NCBI GenBank assembly: GCA_018402195.1
Contig: JAGYIW010000005.1
Span: 1 to 62,664 of the forward strand
Length of the DNA stretch: 62,664 nucleotides
Source: Gammaproteobacteria bacterium
Lineage (GTDB): Bacteria > Pseudomonadota > Gammaproteobacteria > M30B25
Direction: 5' to 3'
In this document: one piece after another, positions 30,934 to 40,870 of the stretch
Layout: each line of letters opens with the position of its first letter
Numbering within the stretch: position 1 is the first letter of the stretch
Translations under genes and position numbers: made by a program
Notes under the pieces: generated by a model
What the model saw: only the letters and a program-made list of their open reading frames with translations
What the model was told of the DNA's origin: nothing
The model's database searches: none

Positions 30934-30977
30934 GGCTTCTCACTTTGGGATCATTATTATTATATGCTGCTACTTTA

Positions 30978-31517
30978 CTAAAAAAATAAGTAAAAACCAA
31001 TAGTTAATGGCCAAAAAAACCATTTTTCTAACGCCTGGATTTGTGCCGTATGGATTTGTAAAAGATGGAAATCTTGCAAGAAACCCTGCCCACCATCACA
31101 TGTTTTTGCAACCCAAACTACGTGTTTTCTTGCTATGCGCACCCCTTGATATTCTCCATAAAAGTCGACCAAACTCCTTAAATGTTGTTTAAAATTTGCG
31201 GGGAAGCCCATGTTGACATCAATGATCTGTACGCCATGATCGACATTATATTTGGCACAATCGGCCAAAAGTTCTGGATCAGCAATTTGCACTGAGATAG
31301 GCGCAGACTCTCCTTGATGGCTTAGGCGTAACCGGGTTTTGTGAGTTTGGCGTAATGCCGGATTGACTGAAACCATTTCAGACACCACAAAACCAGCACC
31401 AAAACGGCGGCACAGGCGGCGAAATAGGCTATCAGTTACACCCACCATGGGTGCTAAAACACAAGTCTGTTGAATGGCATAAAGACCTATTTTCATAGGT
31501 GACCTATCATACGGCAA
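30978..31517 (-). pseudogene. dusB: tRNA-dihydrouridine synthase B remnant with a large in-frame internal deletion
   Basis: The N-terminus MKIGLY...LAPMVGVTD..SEMVS..IIDVNMGFPA joins directly to the C-terminal helical region LVDFYGEYQGVRIARKHVVW. About 170 aa of the TIM barrel are missing, and the conserved Cys of GCPA is replaced by Phe. Confidence 0.75.
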
Positions 31518-31610
31518 TTCTCGAAGAATAAAAGCTTTTTTGCCACTTTACCTGAAAAGTCTAGGATGCTAGCATCCGCATAGTACCACTGTGCCAGCAA
31601 GGAAGGCCTC

Positions 31611-33386
31611 ATGAGTGATCCCATACTTTTTCTCATCCTAATTACCTTATCCATGACCCTATTTGTCTGGGGTCGATGGCGCTTTGATTATGTGGCTTTT
31701 CTTACCCTTATGGCCGCCGTTATGATAGGACTTATCCCACCTGAAAAAGCATTTTCCGGTTTTAGCCATCCAGCAGTTATCACTGTTGCTGCAATCATGG
31801 TCCTATCCTACTCGATATCCGCATCAGGGGTTATTGATAATATCATTGCCCATATATCTCCTAAAACATCTAACAAAAATATTCAGCTTACTTTGTTGTG
31901 CCTAACCGTTGGCTTGCTTTCTGGTTTTATGAATAATACAGGTGCTTTAGCACTTCTTATTCCTGTGGCTATGCGCACTAGCAGCGATAAAAGAATTTCT
32001 CCCTCTATTCTTCTTATGCCACTTGCGTTTACGGCATCTCTGGGTGGCATGTTAACCCTAATTGGTACACCCCCCAATTTAATCATATCCAGCGTAAGAG
32101 AAACTTATCTTGGGCACCCTTATCATCTTTTTGATTTTACACCTGTTGGCTCCATTGTTGCACTGATGTCTGTTATATTCATTGTGCTTTTGGGATGGCG
32201 GCTACTGCCAAACCGAGCCAAAATTAGTAAAGGGGGTAATGATCTCTTTGAAATCCATAATTATGTCACAGAAGTGCGCATACCATTAGGATCTCTCTAT
32301 GCAGGGAAAACCAAACGTGCTCTGAAAGAGCTTGTTTCCGCAGAGTTTACCCTGCTAGGTATTATTCGTAAACACAAGAAAAAACTTATTATTCGTGATG
32401 AACAAACCATATTGGAAAATGATATCCTTATCATTGAAGCCACCCATCAAGAACTGCAGACACTGCAAGAAAGGGGTTCACTTGAACTGGTGCACCATAA
32501 AGTTAGCCGTTCTGATGTGCAATCTGGTGATGTAGAGTTGGCTGAACTTGTTATCGGCCCTGATTCCAAATTGATTGGCCGCACTTTTGACCAAAGCCGA
32601 GTTCGGTATCGATTTAACATTAACCTTCTTGCTCTTTCTCACTATGGTAAAACCATTGCTCAACGTATTAAACATACCAAGCTGAGGATGGGAGATATCA
32701 TTTTGCTTATGGGGCATAAAGAAAACCTCGGCGAGGCGACACAGAGCCTTAATTTACTGCCACTGCGAGAACGAGGTGTCCATATTGTATCCAAATATCA
32801 CACTTATGTGCCTATACTTTGCTTCCTTTGTGCGCTTATTGCTATTGCTTGCTGCCATGTTCCAGTCAGTATTGGTTTTTGTTTGGCTATTTTAGTGCTT
32901 ATTGCTACGAACACCCTCCCCATGCGCCACATCTATGGAAGCCTTGATTGGCCAGTCCTGATGCTGTTAGCCGCTATGATTCCTGTAGGACAAGCTCTCG
33001 AAACCAGTGGCACCACTCATATTATTGCTGACTTTTTATTGCGTTATGGCGCAGGATTCAGCCCAATTTTTCTTCTATTTGGCATCATGACTCTGACCAT
33101 GGTTATTTCTGCTGTTCTTAATAATGCAACAACCACTGTGATCATGGCACCTATTGCTGTTACCATCGCCCAGGCCTTGCATGTCAATATAGATCCTTTT
33201 TTGATGGCAGTCTGCCTAGGTGCTTCTTGTTCCTTCCTTACCCCTATTGGCCATCCAAATAATGTTTTGGTGATGGGGCCTGGCCGCTACCAGTTTGGAG
33301 ATTATTTCCGCTTAGGGATCCCTTTAACTATATTTGTGATCAGTATTAGCATACCTGCTATTTTGAATTTTTGGCCCTTGCATTGA
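31611..33386 (+). CDS. SLC13/DASS-type permease with central TrkA-C (RCK_C) domains
   Basis: 591 aa. Two polytopic halves flank two soluble TrkA-C-like repeats (..VTEVRIPLGSLYAGKT.., ..LAELVIGPDSKLIGRTF..). Confidence 0.82.
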   Translation: MSDPILFLILITLSMTLFVWGRWRFDYVAFLTLMAAVMIGLIPPEKAFSGFSHPAVITVAAIMVLSYSISASGVIDNIIAHISPKTSNKNIQLTLLCLTVGLLSGFMNNTGALALLIPVAMRTSSDKRISPSILLMPLAFTASLGGMLTLIGTPPNLIISSVRETYLGHPYHLFDFTPVGSIVALMSVIFIVLLGWRLLPNRAKISKGGNDLFEIHNYVTEVRIPLGSLYAGKTKRALKELVSAEFTLLGIIRKHKKKLIIRDEQTILENDILIIEATHQELQTLQERGSLELVHHKVSRSDVQSGDVELAELVIGPDSKLIGRTFDQSRVRYRFNINLLALSHYGKTIAQRIKHTKLRMGDIILLMGHKENLGEATQSLNLLPLRERGVHIVSKYHTYVPILCFLCALIAIACCHVPVSIGFCLAILVLIATNTLPMRHIYGSLDWPVLMLLAAMIPVGQALETSGTTHIIADFLLRYGAGFSPIFLLFGIMTLTMVISAVLNNATTTVIMAPIAVTIAQALHVNIDPFLMAVCLGASCSFLTPIGHPNNVLVMGPGRYQFGDYFRLGIPLTIFVISISIPAILNFWPLH

Positions 33387-33441
33387 AGATTATTCAGCCT
33401 TTATGCTAAGATAACCCGGGATTCACCCTAAGAGGCTCACT

Positions 33442-34128
33442 ATGAAAAATATGAAAAAATTTTTATCCCTACTGTTAGTTTTCTCAACCAGCACTCACAT
33501 ACTTGCAGTTATTCCCTCCGAAGAACTGAGAAAAAATCCAATGGTTGCTATGGAAATAGTTGTCGAACCTGATGCAAACACGCCACAAAGTCAGCAAGCC
33601 CTTTTGATTACTCTTTTTGCCCAAAAAGCACCTCTGACTAGTCGCAACTTTCTCAATTATGTGCAGGACCACTTCTACGATGGCAGTATTTTCCATCGCA
33701 TGATTCCCAATTTTATGATCCAAGGAGGTGGCTATACCCCCAGCATGCAAGAAAAAACAACACGACCTGCCATTAGCAATGAAGCGTCACAACAATTAAA
33801 AAACCTAAAAGGCACTTTAGCCATGGCTAGAAACATGGAAGTTGATAGTGCGACCTCGCAGTTTTTTATTAATTTTCAAGATAATGCTTTTTTGGATCAT
33901 AGGGATGATAGCAGCCAAGGTTTTGGCTATGCTGTTTTTGGCCAAGTGATTGATGGCCTTGACAAACTGACAGAACTACAGTCATTGCCAACCCATCAAG
34001 TTGGCCCATATGCTGATGTGCCTTCGAGGCAGATCCTTATCAAGCGCATTTATGTGCTTTCTGGTGAGGAAAAAACCAAGGCATTGGCCAAAATTGCCCG
34101 CCTTTCTCAAGTATCACCAACATTTTAA
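33442..34128 (+). CDS. ppiA: Periplasmic peptidyl-prolyl cis-trans isomerase (cyclophilin type)
   Basis: Signal peptide, FHRMIPNFMIQGGGY, TLAMAR, SQFFINF and AVFGQVIDG motifs. Confidence 0.9.
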   Translation: MKNMKKFLSLLLVFSTSTHILAVIPSEELRKNPMVAMEIVVEPDANTPQSQQALLITLFAQKAPLTSRNFLNYVQDHFYDGSIFHRMIPNFMIQGGGYTPSMQEKTTRPAISNEASQQLKNLKGTLAMARNMEVDSATSQFFINFQDNAFLDHRDDSSQGFGYAVFGQVIDGLDKLTELQSLPTHQVGPYADVPSRQILIKRIYVLSGEEKTKALAKIARLSQVSPTF

Positions 34129-34134
34129 TGCCCT

Positions 34135-34731
34135 ATGTTACGATCTTGGATACATCTCCTTTTACGCTGGCTGGTCTCTGGGTTGATGAAAACCCTGCGC
34201 TGGGAGGTTGAAGGCCTTGATCATTTATCGTTGCCACATCAACAAGGCATGCTGCTGTGTGGATGGCATGATGAACTGGCACTCAGTACCTATTACCTTA
34301 AAATAAAGGATATTAAAGCCACCATGGTGGTGAGCCAACATCAAGATGGTCAGATCATTGCTGATATCCTAACCTACTGGGGCTTCCCTTTATTACGTGG
34401 ATCTACACAATCAAAAGGTGCGCTACATGTGACAAAACAGATGCTAAAAGATCTGGAAAAACCTGGTTATATTGTCGCCTTAACCTCAGATGGACCTAGA
34501 GGCCCTAGACATGTCATGAAATCGGGAGCTCTAAGAATAGCAGATCAGTGTGGGGCCAAAATCCAGTTCATCCGTGCTTTTCCTACACGCTATTGGCGGC
34601 TCAACTCTTGGGATCGCTTCATTATCCCAAAACCTTTTAGCAAAGTTATCATCATCATTGATTCTGGCAGCATCATAAAAAGCAACGATGGCACCATCGA
34701 TATTGACGCTATGACGCCAATCTTTATATGA
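34135..34731 (+). CDS. DUF374-domain (lysophospholipid acyltransferase-like) protein
   Basis: 198 aa. VSQHQDGQIIADIL..GFPLLRGST..KGA and LTSDGPRGPRHVMKSGAL are typical of DUF374. Confidence 0.75.
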   Translation: MLRSWIHLLLRWLVSGLMKTLRWEVEGLDHLSLPHQQGMLLCGWHDELALSTYYLKIKDIKATMVVSQHQDGQIIADILTYWGFPLLRGSTQSKGALHVTKQMLKDLEKPGYIVALTSDGPRGPRHVMKSGALRIADQCGAKIQFIRAFPTRYWRLNSWDRFIIPKPFSKVIIIIDSGSIIKSNDGTIDIDAMTPIFI

Positions 34732-34775
34732 TATTTACCCTGTTGGCTGGTTAATCACGCGACCTTGAAACTTGC

Positions 34776-35936
34776 TCAAGCACCTACTGAACGAAGCTGC
34801 TGAAGTACTGCTTGCCTTTCAGCGATTTTATCACCCATCAATACCACAGCGCACAGATCACCATCCTTATTGTGGCCTTCAGCCTTGATACCCTGGTCAT
34901 TTTTTTCTTTTATCCCCCAATCAGCTACCTCACCTTGATAAAAAATGATGGTTGGCATGGCTGACGTTTTCACTACAATAGGCATGATGGGGTAGGCTAT
35001 GGGTGTACTATGACCAGATAAAGTTAGTGCCAAAGCTTTTGCTCCATGGATAATAGGCGCCACGTACTGCCTTAACTGACCATCTTGTTCAGCACAATCG
35101 CCCAGAGCATAAATATCTTTATGTGAGGTTTGCCCTGTCGCATCCACGCAAATACCTCGCTCAACCAATAGCCCAGCATCTCGCGCCAAATCCACACATG
35201 GCTTTAAGCCAGTTGCTGCCAATATTACATGAGCATGATATGTTTGCCCGTGGCTGTCTTTAATTATGTAACCTTCAGCGCCCTTCATCACGGAAACTGC
35301 TGTTGTCTCTAAATGCCATCTAACCCCCTGATCTGCTAAAGCCAGTTGCAAATACTCACTACACGCTTTAGGAAGCAATTTGGACAGAGGCCATTTATCT
35401 GGTGCCAATACCATCACCTTATGCCCAGAGGCAGACAAATCATTAGCAAACTCGCAAGCTACCAAGCCTGCACCTAAAATCAAGACAGGCTGATCTGGGC
35501 ACAGACGTTGACTAAATTGTCGGTAATCCTCCCACTGATTGATACGCATCACTTGATCTGCACTGTCACCTTGAAGTGCTAAGGCATTAGGTTTCGCACC
35601 TAATGCAAGAAGGGCCTTGTCAAACCGAATAACCTCATTATCGCTTAGAGTAACAGTTTTAGCTTCAGAACTCAGAGCAATGGCTTGGGTTCCTGTCTTG
35701 ATATTGGCCTGTAATTGTCTGGCCATGCTAGGTGCGTCAAACATGCAGAGCTCTTCAGGAGACTTCCCTGCCCCTAAAGACGTTGATAATAAAGGTTTGG
35801 AATAGAAATGTCCTTCTCCTTGTGTGACCATGGTTAGCGTTTTATCTGGATTAAGTGAACGCCACTGTTTGGCTAGCTGGTACCCAGCCAGCCCCGTGCC
35901 TAAGATTAAAAGATCGGTGCAAGTACTATTGACCAT
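34776..35936 (-). CDS. NAD(P)/FAD-dependent oxidoreductase, rubredoxin-reductase-like
   Basis: 386 aa. Dinucleotide folds ILGTGLAGY and ILGAGLVACEFANDL. FYSKPLLS and ALGDCA motifs. No rubredoxin gene seen nearby. Confidence 0.8.
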   Translation of the reverse strand: MVNSTCTDLLILGTGLAGYQLAKQWRSLNPDKTLTMVTQGEGHFYSKPLLSTSLGAGKSPEELCMFDAPSMARQLQANIKTGTQAIALSSEAKTVTLSDNEVIRFDKALLALGAKPNALALQGDSADQVMRINQWEDYRQFSQRLCPDQPVLILGAGLVACEFANDLSASGHKVMVLAPDKWPLSKLLPKACSEYLQLALADQGVRWHLETTAVSVMKGAEGYIIKDSHGQTYHAHVILAATGLKPCVDLARDAGLLVERGICVDATGQTSHKDIYALGDCAEQDGQLRQYVAPIIHGAKALALTLSGHSTPIAYPIMPIVVKTSAMPTIIFYQGEVADWGIKEKNDQGIKAEGHNKDGDLCAVVLMGDKIAERQAVLQQLRSVGA

Positions 35937-36957
35937 AGGACTTCACTGTATCGACTAAGAGATGTACTTTTTCAGGATTAATATCTGGCGTGATGCCATG
36001 CCCTAAGTTAAAGATGTAACCCGACTCACCCCGATAAACATCTAGGCATGCCAGAGTTTCTTTGATGATTGTATCATCATCCATCTTGAGTGTTTCTGGA
36101 TTCATATTCCCCTGCAAAGCCACTTCTCCCCCCACTCGTGCTTTTGCACGGGCCAAACTGCAAGTCCAATCTATCCCCAAAGCATCACAACCCGTGTCAA
36201 CCATGATTTCTAGCCACTCACCACCCCCTTTGGTAAAAAGGATGATAGGCGTTTGGGCAGTGACCGGATTGTTTTTCAAGTTCGCCACTATTTTAGCCAA
36301 ATAACTCAAAGAAAACGCTTGGTAGGCTGGCTTATCCAATAATCCACCCCAGGTATCAAACAACATCACTGTATCTACGCCAGCGGAAATCTGTGCTTCT
36401 AAATACGAGGTTACAGAAGTAGCCAGCAGATCCAGCAAAATGTGCAAAAGCTGGGGCTGCTCCTCTTTCAGTGCTATCAACTGTGGGAACCCTGGGACTG
36501 AACGCCCCTGCACCATGTATGCTGCCAAGGTCCATGGGCTGCCTGAAAAGCCAATAAGTGGCACATCCAGTTCTGGCTTAGTCACTCGGATGGCGTCCAT
36601 GACATAGCCTAATGAGGATTCAGGATCTGGCACAGAAAGTCTTTTGATATCATTGGCATTTTTCAATGGTGAATCAAATATAGGGCCTTGGCCGGGCTCA
36701 AATCGCAACCCCAAACCCATGGCATCAGGAATAGTTAGAATATCTGAAAAGATAATGGCAGCATCAAATCCATAGCGACGGATGGGTTGCAAAGTAATTT
36801 CGCATGCTATTTCTGGCGTCTGGCACATCGACATAAAACCACCAGACTTTTCTCTCAAAGCACGGTATTCTGGCAAATATCTCCCCGCTTGGCGCATAAT
36901 CCAAACCGGTGGTCGTGATACAGGTCGTTTGCTGATTGCATCAAGAAAAAGCGACAT
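35926..36957 (-). CDS. hemE: Uroporphyrinogen decarboxylase
   Basis: 343 aa. PVWIMRQAGRYLPEYR, DAAIIFSDIL and FTKGG motifs. Confidence 0.95.
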   Translation of the reverse strand: MSLFLDAISKRPVSRPPVWIMRQAGRYLPEYRALREKSGGFMSMCQTPEIACEITLQPIRRYGFDAAIIFSDILTIPDAMGLGLRFEPGQGPIFDSPLKNANDIKRLSVPDPESSLGYVMDAIRVTKPELDVPLIGFSGSPWTLAAYMVQGRSVPGFPQLIALKEEQPQLLHILLDLLATSVTSYLEAQISAGVDTVMLFDTWGGLLDKPAYQAFSLSYLAKIVANLKNNPVTAQTPIILFTKGGGEWLEIMVDTGCDALGIDWTCSLARAKARVGGEVALQGNMNPETLKMDDDTIIKETLACLDVYRGESGYIFNLGHGITPDINPEKVHLLVDTVKSYGQ

Positions 36958-37279
36958 TATTCCCCCTTACCTCTGCGTATTGGTTTTTACCTGGTAAAGT
37001 ATGGCAAAAAAATGTCCTTACCTCAACAAATGAGCAATATAAAGGGTAATTATGTAAAAAACACAAAAAACAAGTAACTAAAATTTGATTTTTATTAGTT
37101 ATTAGTCTATAATTAGAGTTATTTATACCGTATTTATTCATGTCTTGCATTTTGAGTAAAAAAGCGTATGATCGTGGCTTTACATGGAGTAAAAATACAA
37201 AAAAAACCAATAAAAAAAGGAGTTACAAAAGGAAAAAGCAAAAAATAGCATAATAATAGTTTTTTAAGGTACGAAAATC

Positions 37280-39622
37280 ATGTTGGAAACCGGTAGCAAA
37301 TTAATAAAAGATAACAAAGAATTAGGAAAATTTGAGGGAACTACTGGCAATTATTTAATGATTAGACAGACTGAGCTACTCAAAGACGCCAAGTACGCTC
37401 TGACTTTGCCTGGCAAGTGGGGATATGTCCTATGTCTCCATATTCTTAGCCAGTGGCCAGAAATGAGTGCTGAATCTGAAACCTACCCTCTTAACCCTAG
37501 CTCTTATATCAGGAAACCCATAGCAGGGAAAATTCAGGCTGGCTTGGAAGCATTAAATGCAGGTTGTCAACCCGATCACCCCATTTCCTCACCACCTTAC
37601 TCATTGGCTCGCAAATATTTCCGAACCTTCAACTTTTCAGCCCTTTGGGTTTGGCTATGTGCCAAGGTGCTTTCAGGATACAATTACTTCAGCACTCTGA
37701 CAAAAAAACAGAAAGACTACCTTCCTTATCAAAAAGTTGCCGTGCTTGATGCTTGCTGGAACTTCTGTAGGACAGACTGCAAATCTGAAGTGAGGCCAAG
37801 CAATACTGGAGCTGACGCTCAGACTGGGCCTGCTCCCTCTGATAGTGACGATAACCAACAAACACCAAAAGAATTAAAAAAAAGCCAAGAAAGCCTGCTA
37901 AAATGGCAAATCTACCACGCCACTTCTGCAATCATGCAGCATAGAAAAGCCAAACGTGACGGTATGCACTGGTTTTTTGTCACCATCGCAGCGCTTTATG
38001 CTATGGCATGCGGCACCACCATTGCTGGTGCAGTTCTTTTTATTATTGGCACTGGGGGTTTGGGCTTACCTATCGCCATAGCCTGTGGCTTACTTACCTG
38101 GTGGGTTAACTGGCACAATGGTAAATTCAGAATACCAACCATCATGGAGGAGTTTTTCTTCATGCATGTGCCGAAGGGAAGAAAACCTGGGTTTTTGGCA
38201 AGAAACATCCCTGGTGCTTTTTATTATGTGGATGAAACAACCAATCAAACTAAGCCATTCAACAAAAAACAGCTTTTCGGTGTTTGGCTGGGTGTTTTTG
38301 GTTCACTAGGTGTAGGGCTTGCCATTGGCGCGCTGACTTGGTTTTATACCAACGAACTTGCAGTCAGTCTAGGCATTGCTGCTTCAGGATTTTTCCCAAC
38401 GTTGCTCATTACCATTATTGTAGTCACCATTCTTGCTGAAGTAGGGTTGCAACTAAAATCTTTCATTGACATCGTTCGATGGGACCTGGTGTTGGAAAGA
38501 AAAAATCAGTTCGATAGTCTTGTTGAGGGCAAAGGTCCAGTTACCAAATTCTTTGCCTATACCGTGGGTATTGTTACCCTATTGACCTGTACTGTTGCTT
38601 TATTCTTACTTGCCTGGGCTGGTCAACAAGCAACCGTCAAGGCATTTGACAAACTGTTTCCTGCAGCTGTTAGTAGCACCATTTCTATCGTTAGTATGGT
38701 GATTGCTGCTTTTCACTTCCTGGGCACCTTGCCTTTTAACTTGGATATGACAATTACCGCTACCAAAGCTGGTGCTGATTTCGTTACGGGTAAGAAAAAA
38801 TCAAGTAGCGAAAAACTTTGCAAGGCCAAGAGTGGGATCAAACAGGCATCTAAAATAGCAAGATTCAACAAGAATACTGGAAATTTCATCCATAGATATT
38901 ATCACGCCTTTATTCTTGGTTTTCTCATTACCTTTGCCATTACTGCAGGGTTTCTAAGCATGGGTGCAGGTCATCTTGTCAGTATTCCTTTGTTGATTTT
39001 CATTGGAAAATCCTTTGGCGTTGGTATTGGTGGTGGCATTGTCTCTTGCTTATTTCATCGTCATGAACTTAGCCTAAGAGAAAACCCTGAGACCAACCCA
39101 CCTTTTTTTGCAGCCATGGGTAATGGTATACTCAATGGTCTCATGGCCAGATCTGACCATGCTTCAGTGGGTTTTAATGCTGTTGCGATTGTCTCCAATG
39201 CCGTGATGTCTGTTGTTGCTTCATTTGCGGGTTATGATATGCCTAAGAGTCGTTTATTGCAGGAGCAAGAAGCCAATAGAGTTGAGAAAATCAATCGTAT
39301 ATTAGAAAATAACTTGCCAGATAAAAATGGATCAGACCCTAAAAGGGTATCTCGCGCCCCATCACCATCACCCTTCAATGATTTTCCTACAACAGCAGAA
39401 CCTACAAATCCAAGAAGAACTGTATCAGCGCCAGCAAGCCAGTTTTCAGCGGGATCTCCTGTCAAAGACAGTGTTGGATCTAGTGGGTCTGGTGTGGCAC
39501 GACAGCCAGAAGGCAAGCATTCACCTCGCGTAATAGGCGGAGAAAAAGGAGGACAACCTCATTACGGTTTGCATGAAAATGGGATTGCAGGCAGAGCTAT
39601 GGCACTGGTAAAACATTCATAG
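37280..39622 (+). CDS. Hypothetical large polytopic membrane protein (orphan, effector-like)
   Basis: 780 aa. A ~230-aa soluble N-terminal domain, more than 8 hydrophobic segments in hairpin pairs, and a P/S-rich disordered C-terminal ~120 aa. Preceded by a 320-bp very AT-rich intergenic region. Confidence 0.7.
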   Translation: MLETGSKLIKDNKELGKFEGTTGNYLMIRQTELLKDAKYALTLPGKWGYVLCLHILSQWPEMSAESETYPLNPSSYIRKPIAGKIQAGLEALNAGCQPDHPISSPPYSLARKYFRTFNFSALWVWLCAKVLSGYNYFSTLTKKQKDYLPYQKVAVLDACWNFCRTDCKSEVRPSNTGADAQTGPAPSDSDDNQQTPKELKKSQESLLKWQIYHATSAIMQHRKAKRDGMHWFFVTIAALYAMACGTTIAGAVLFIIGTGGLGLPIAIACGLLTWWVNWHNGKFRIPTIMEEFFFMHVPKGRKPGFLARNIPGAFYYVDETTNQTKPFNKKQLFGVWLGVFGSLGVGLAIGALTWFYTNELAVSLGIAASGFFPTLLITIIVVTILAEVGLQLKSFIDIVRWDLVLERKNQFDSLVEGKGPVTKFFAYTVGIVTLLTCTVALFLLAWAGQQATVKAFDKLFPAAVSSTISIVSMVIAAFHFLGTLPFNLDMTITATKAGADFVTGKKKSSSEKLCKAKSGIKQASKIARFNKNTGNFIHRYYHAFILGFLITFAITAGFLSMGAGHLVSIPLLIFIGKSFGVGIGGGIVSCLFHRHELSLRENPETNPPFFAAMGNGILNGLMARSDHASVGFNAVAIVSNAVMSVVASFAGYDMPKSRLLQEQEANRVEKINRILENNLPDKNGSDPKRVSRAPSPSPFNDFPTTAEPTNPRRTVSAPASQFSAGSPVKDSVGSSGSGVARQPEGKHSPRVIGGEKGGQPHYGLHENGIAGRAMALVKHS

Positions 39623-40856
39623 TCACCGCAATTTGCACGGCGATAATGCCAATACCACCTATCAAAAGCACTATCAAGGCGGGCTTGCCACCTGGGGCTT
39701 GGTACTCAGCTTCAATGTTTTCAATATACCTTCCTTTCCAGACCATCAAGGCAGGTAAAATGCTATAGAGCACAGCAATAAATACCCCTAGATAACCCAA
39801 GGCTAACAAGAAAATGGGCGTTTTGTTAGGGTCAGACAGTAGTAGTAGCAACATCGGCGGAGCGAAAGTCATCAGCATCAGCAAAATGCGCTTGCATGGA
39901 TGATTTTTTTCAATACCAAAGCCATCGGCTAAAAAATCACTTAGGCTTAATGCCACAGCTAAAAATGATGTTAGCAAGGCAAAAAATGAAAAGGCACTAA
40001 TCGCAGTGCCTAGCAGTTGACCGGGTACATGCTTGTGCAACGCAGATACCAAATCGTCAACGGGATGTGGCGAATGCATGACTGAGAGTAAACTTACCTC
40101 ACCATTCAGAGGCAACATGCCAACAATAACTGTTTCCCATAACAAATATAGTCCCAGTGGGATGAGGCTCCCCAACAACAGTACCTTGCGAATCTGAGCA
40201 GTATCGTTCTCAAAATAGATACGCAAGCTGGGTAAAATAAGATGGGAAGTAAAGGAAGCAATCACCACCGGCACCGATGCTGTAATGTACTTAGGGCAAA
40301 ATTCGGTGAGATATTGTGCATGCACATGCGGGATCGAAAAAACCACCAATGTAACAAAAGCACTAATGAGACCTATCATAAAAAATCGATTGACATAATC
40401 GACAGCACGTGTTCCCAAATACACAACGGAGCCAAATAACCCAACAAAACCAAACACCCCCCACATCTGCTCGTTCTCAGAATTTGGATACCAAGATTCT
40501 GGCGCGACTGCATGCCAAAAATGCATAATTAAGCCACTGCCTTCGCCCAAATAGGCTGCTAAGGCGGCGTAAAGCAGCAGTAGAAAATTAATCCATGCCA
40601 CTGCTTGGGCCCAGAAACCTAGCCTTGCCTTGGCCATGGAAATGATATTGGCATCCCAATTAGACAGATAAAGATTAGCTTCAAGAAGCACAAACAAGCT
40701 TAACAGCATAAAGGCAAAACCAACCAGAAGCGTTACAATCGCTGGCACATAGCCACCCACACCTGTTTGCAATGGCAAGCCTAACATCCCAGCACCAACT
40801 GCAGTGCCGGCGATTAACATCATCCCTCCCCATTGTTTGGCTGTGAGCTTCCCCAT
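39597..40856 (-). CDS. Aromatic amino acid permease (Mtr/TnaB/TyrP family)
   Basis: 419 aa. The N-terminus GGMMLIAGTAVGAGMLGLPL matches TyrP-type transporters. About 11 TM segments. Confidence 0.85.
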   Translation of the reverse strand: MGKLTAKQWGGMMLIAGTAVGAGMLGLPLQTGVGGYVPAIVTLLVGFAFMLLSLFVLLEANLYLSNWDANIISMAKARLGFWAQAVAWINFLLLLYAALAAYLGEGSGLIMHFWHAVAPESWYPNSENEQMWGVFGFVGLFGSVVYLGTRAVDYVNRFFMIGLISAFVTLVVFSIPHVHAQYLTEFCPKYITASVPVVIASFTSHLILPSLRIYFENDTAQIRKVLLLGSLIPLGLYLLWETVIVGMLPLNGEVSLLSVMHSPHPVDDLVSALHKHVPGQLLGTAISAFSFFALLTSFLAVALSLSDFLADGFGIEKNHPCKRILLMLMTFAPPMLLLLLSDPNKTPIFLLALGYLGVFIAVLYSILPALMVWKGRYIENIEAEYQAPGGKPALIVLLIGGIGIIAVQIAVTMNVLPVP

Positions 40857-40870
40857 ACTAAGACCTCATA

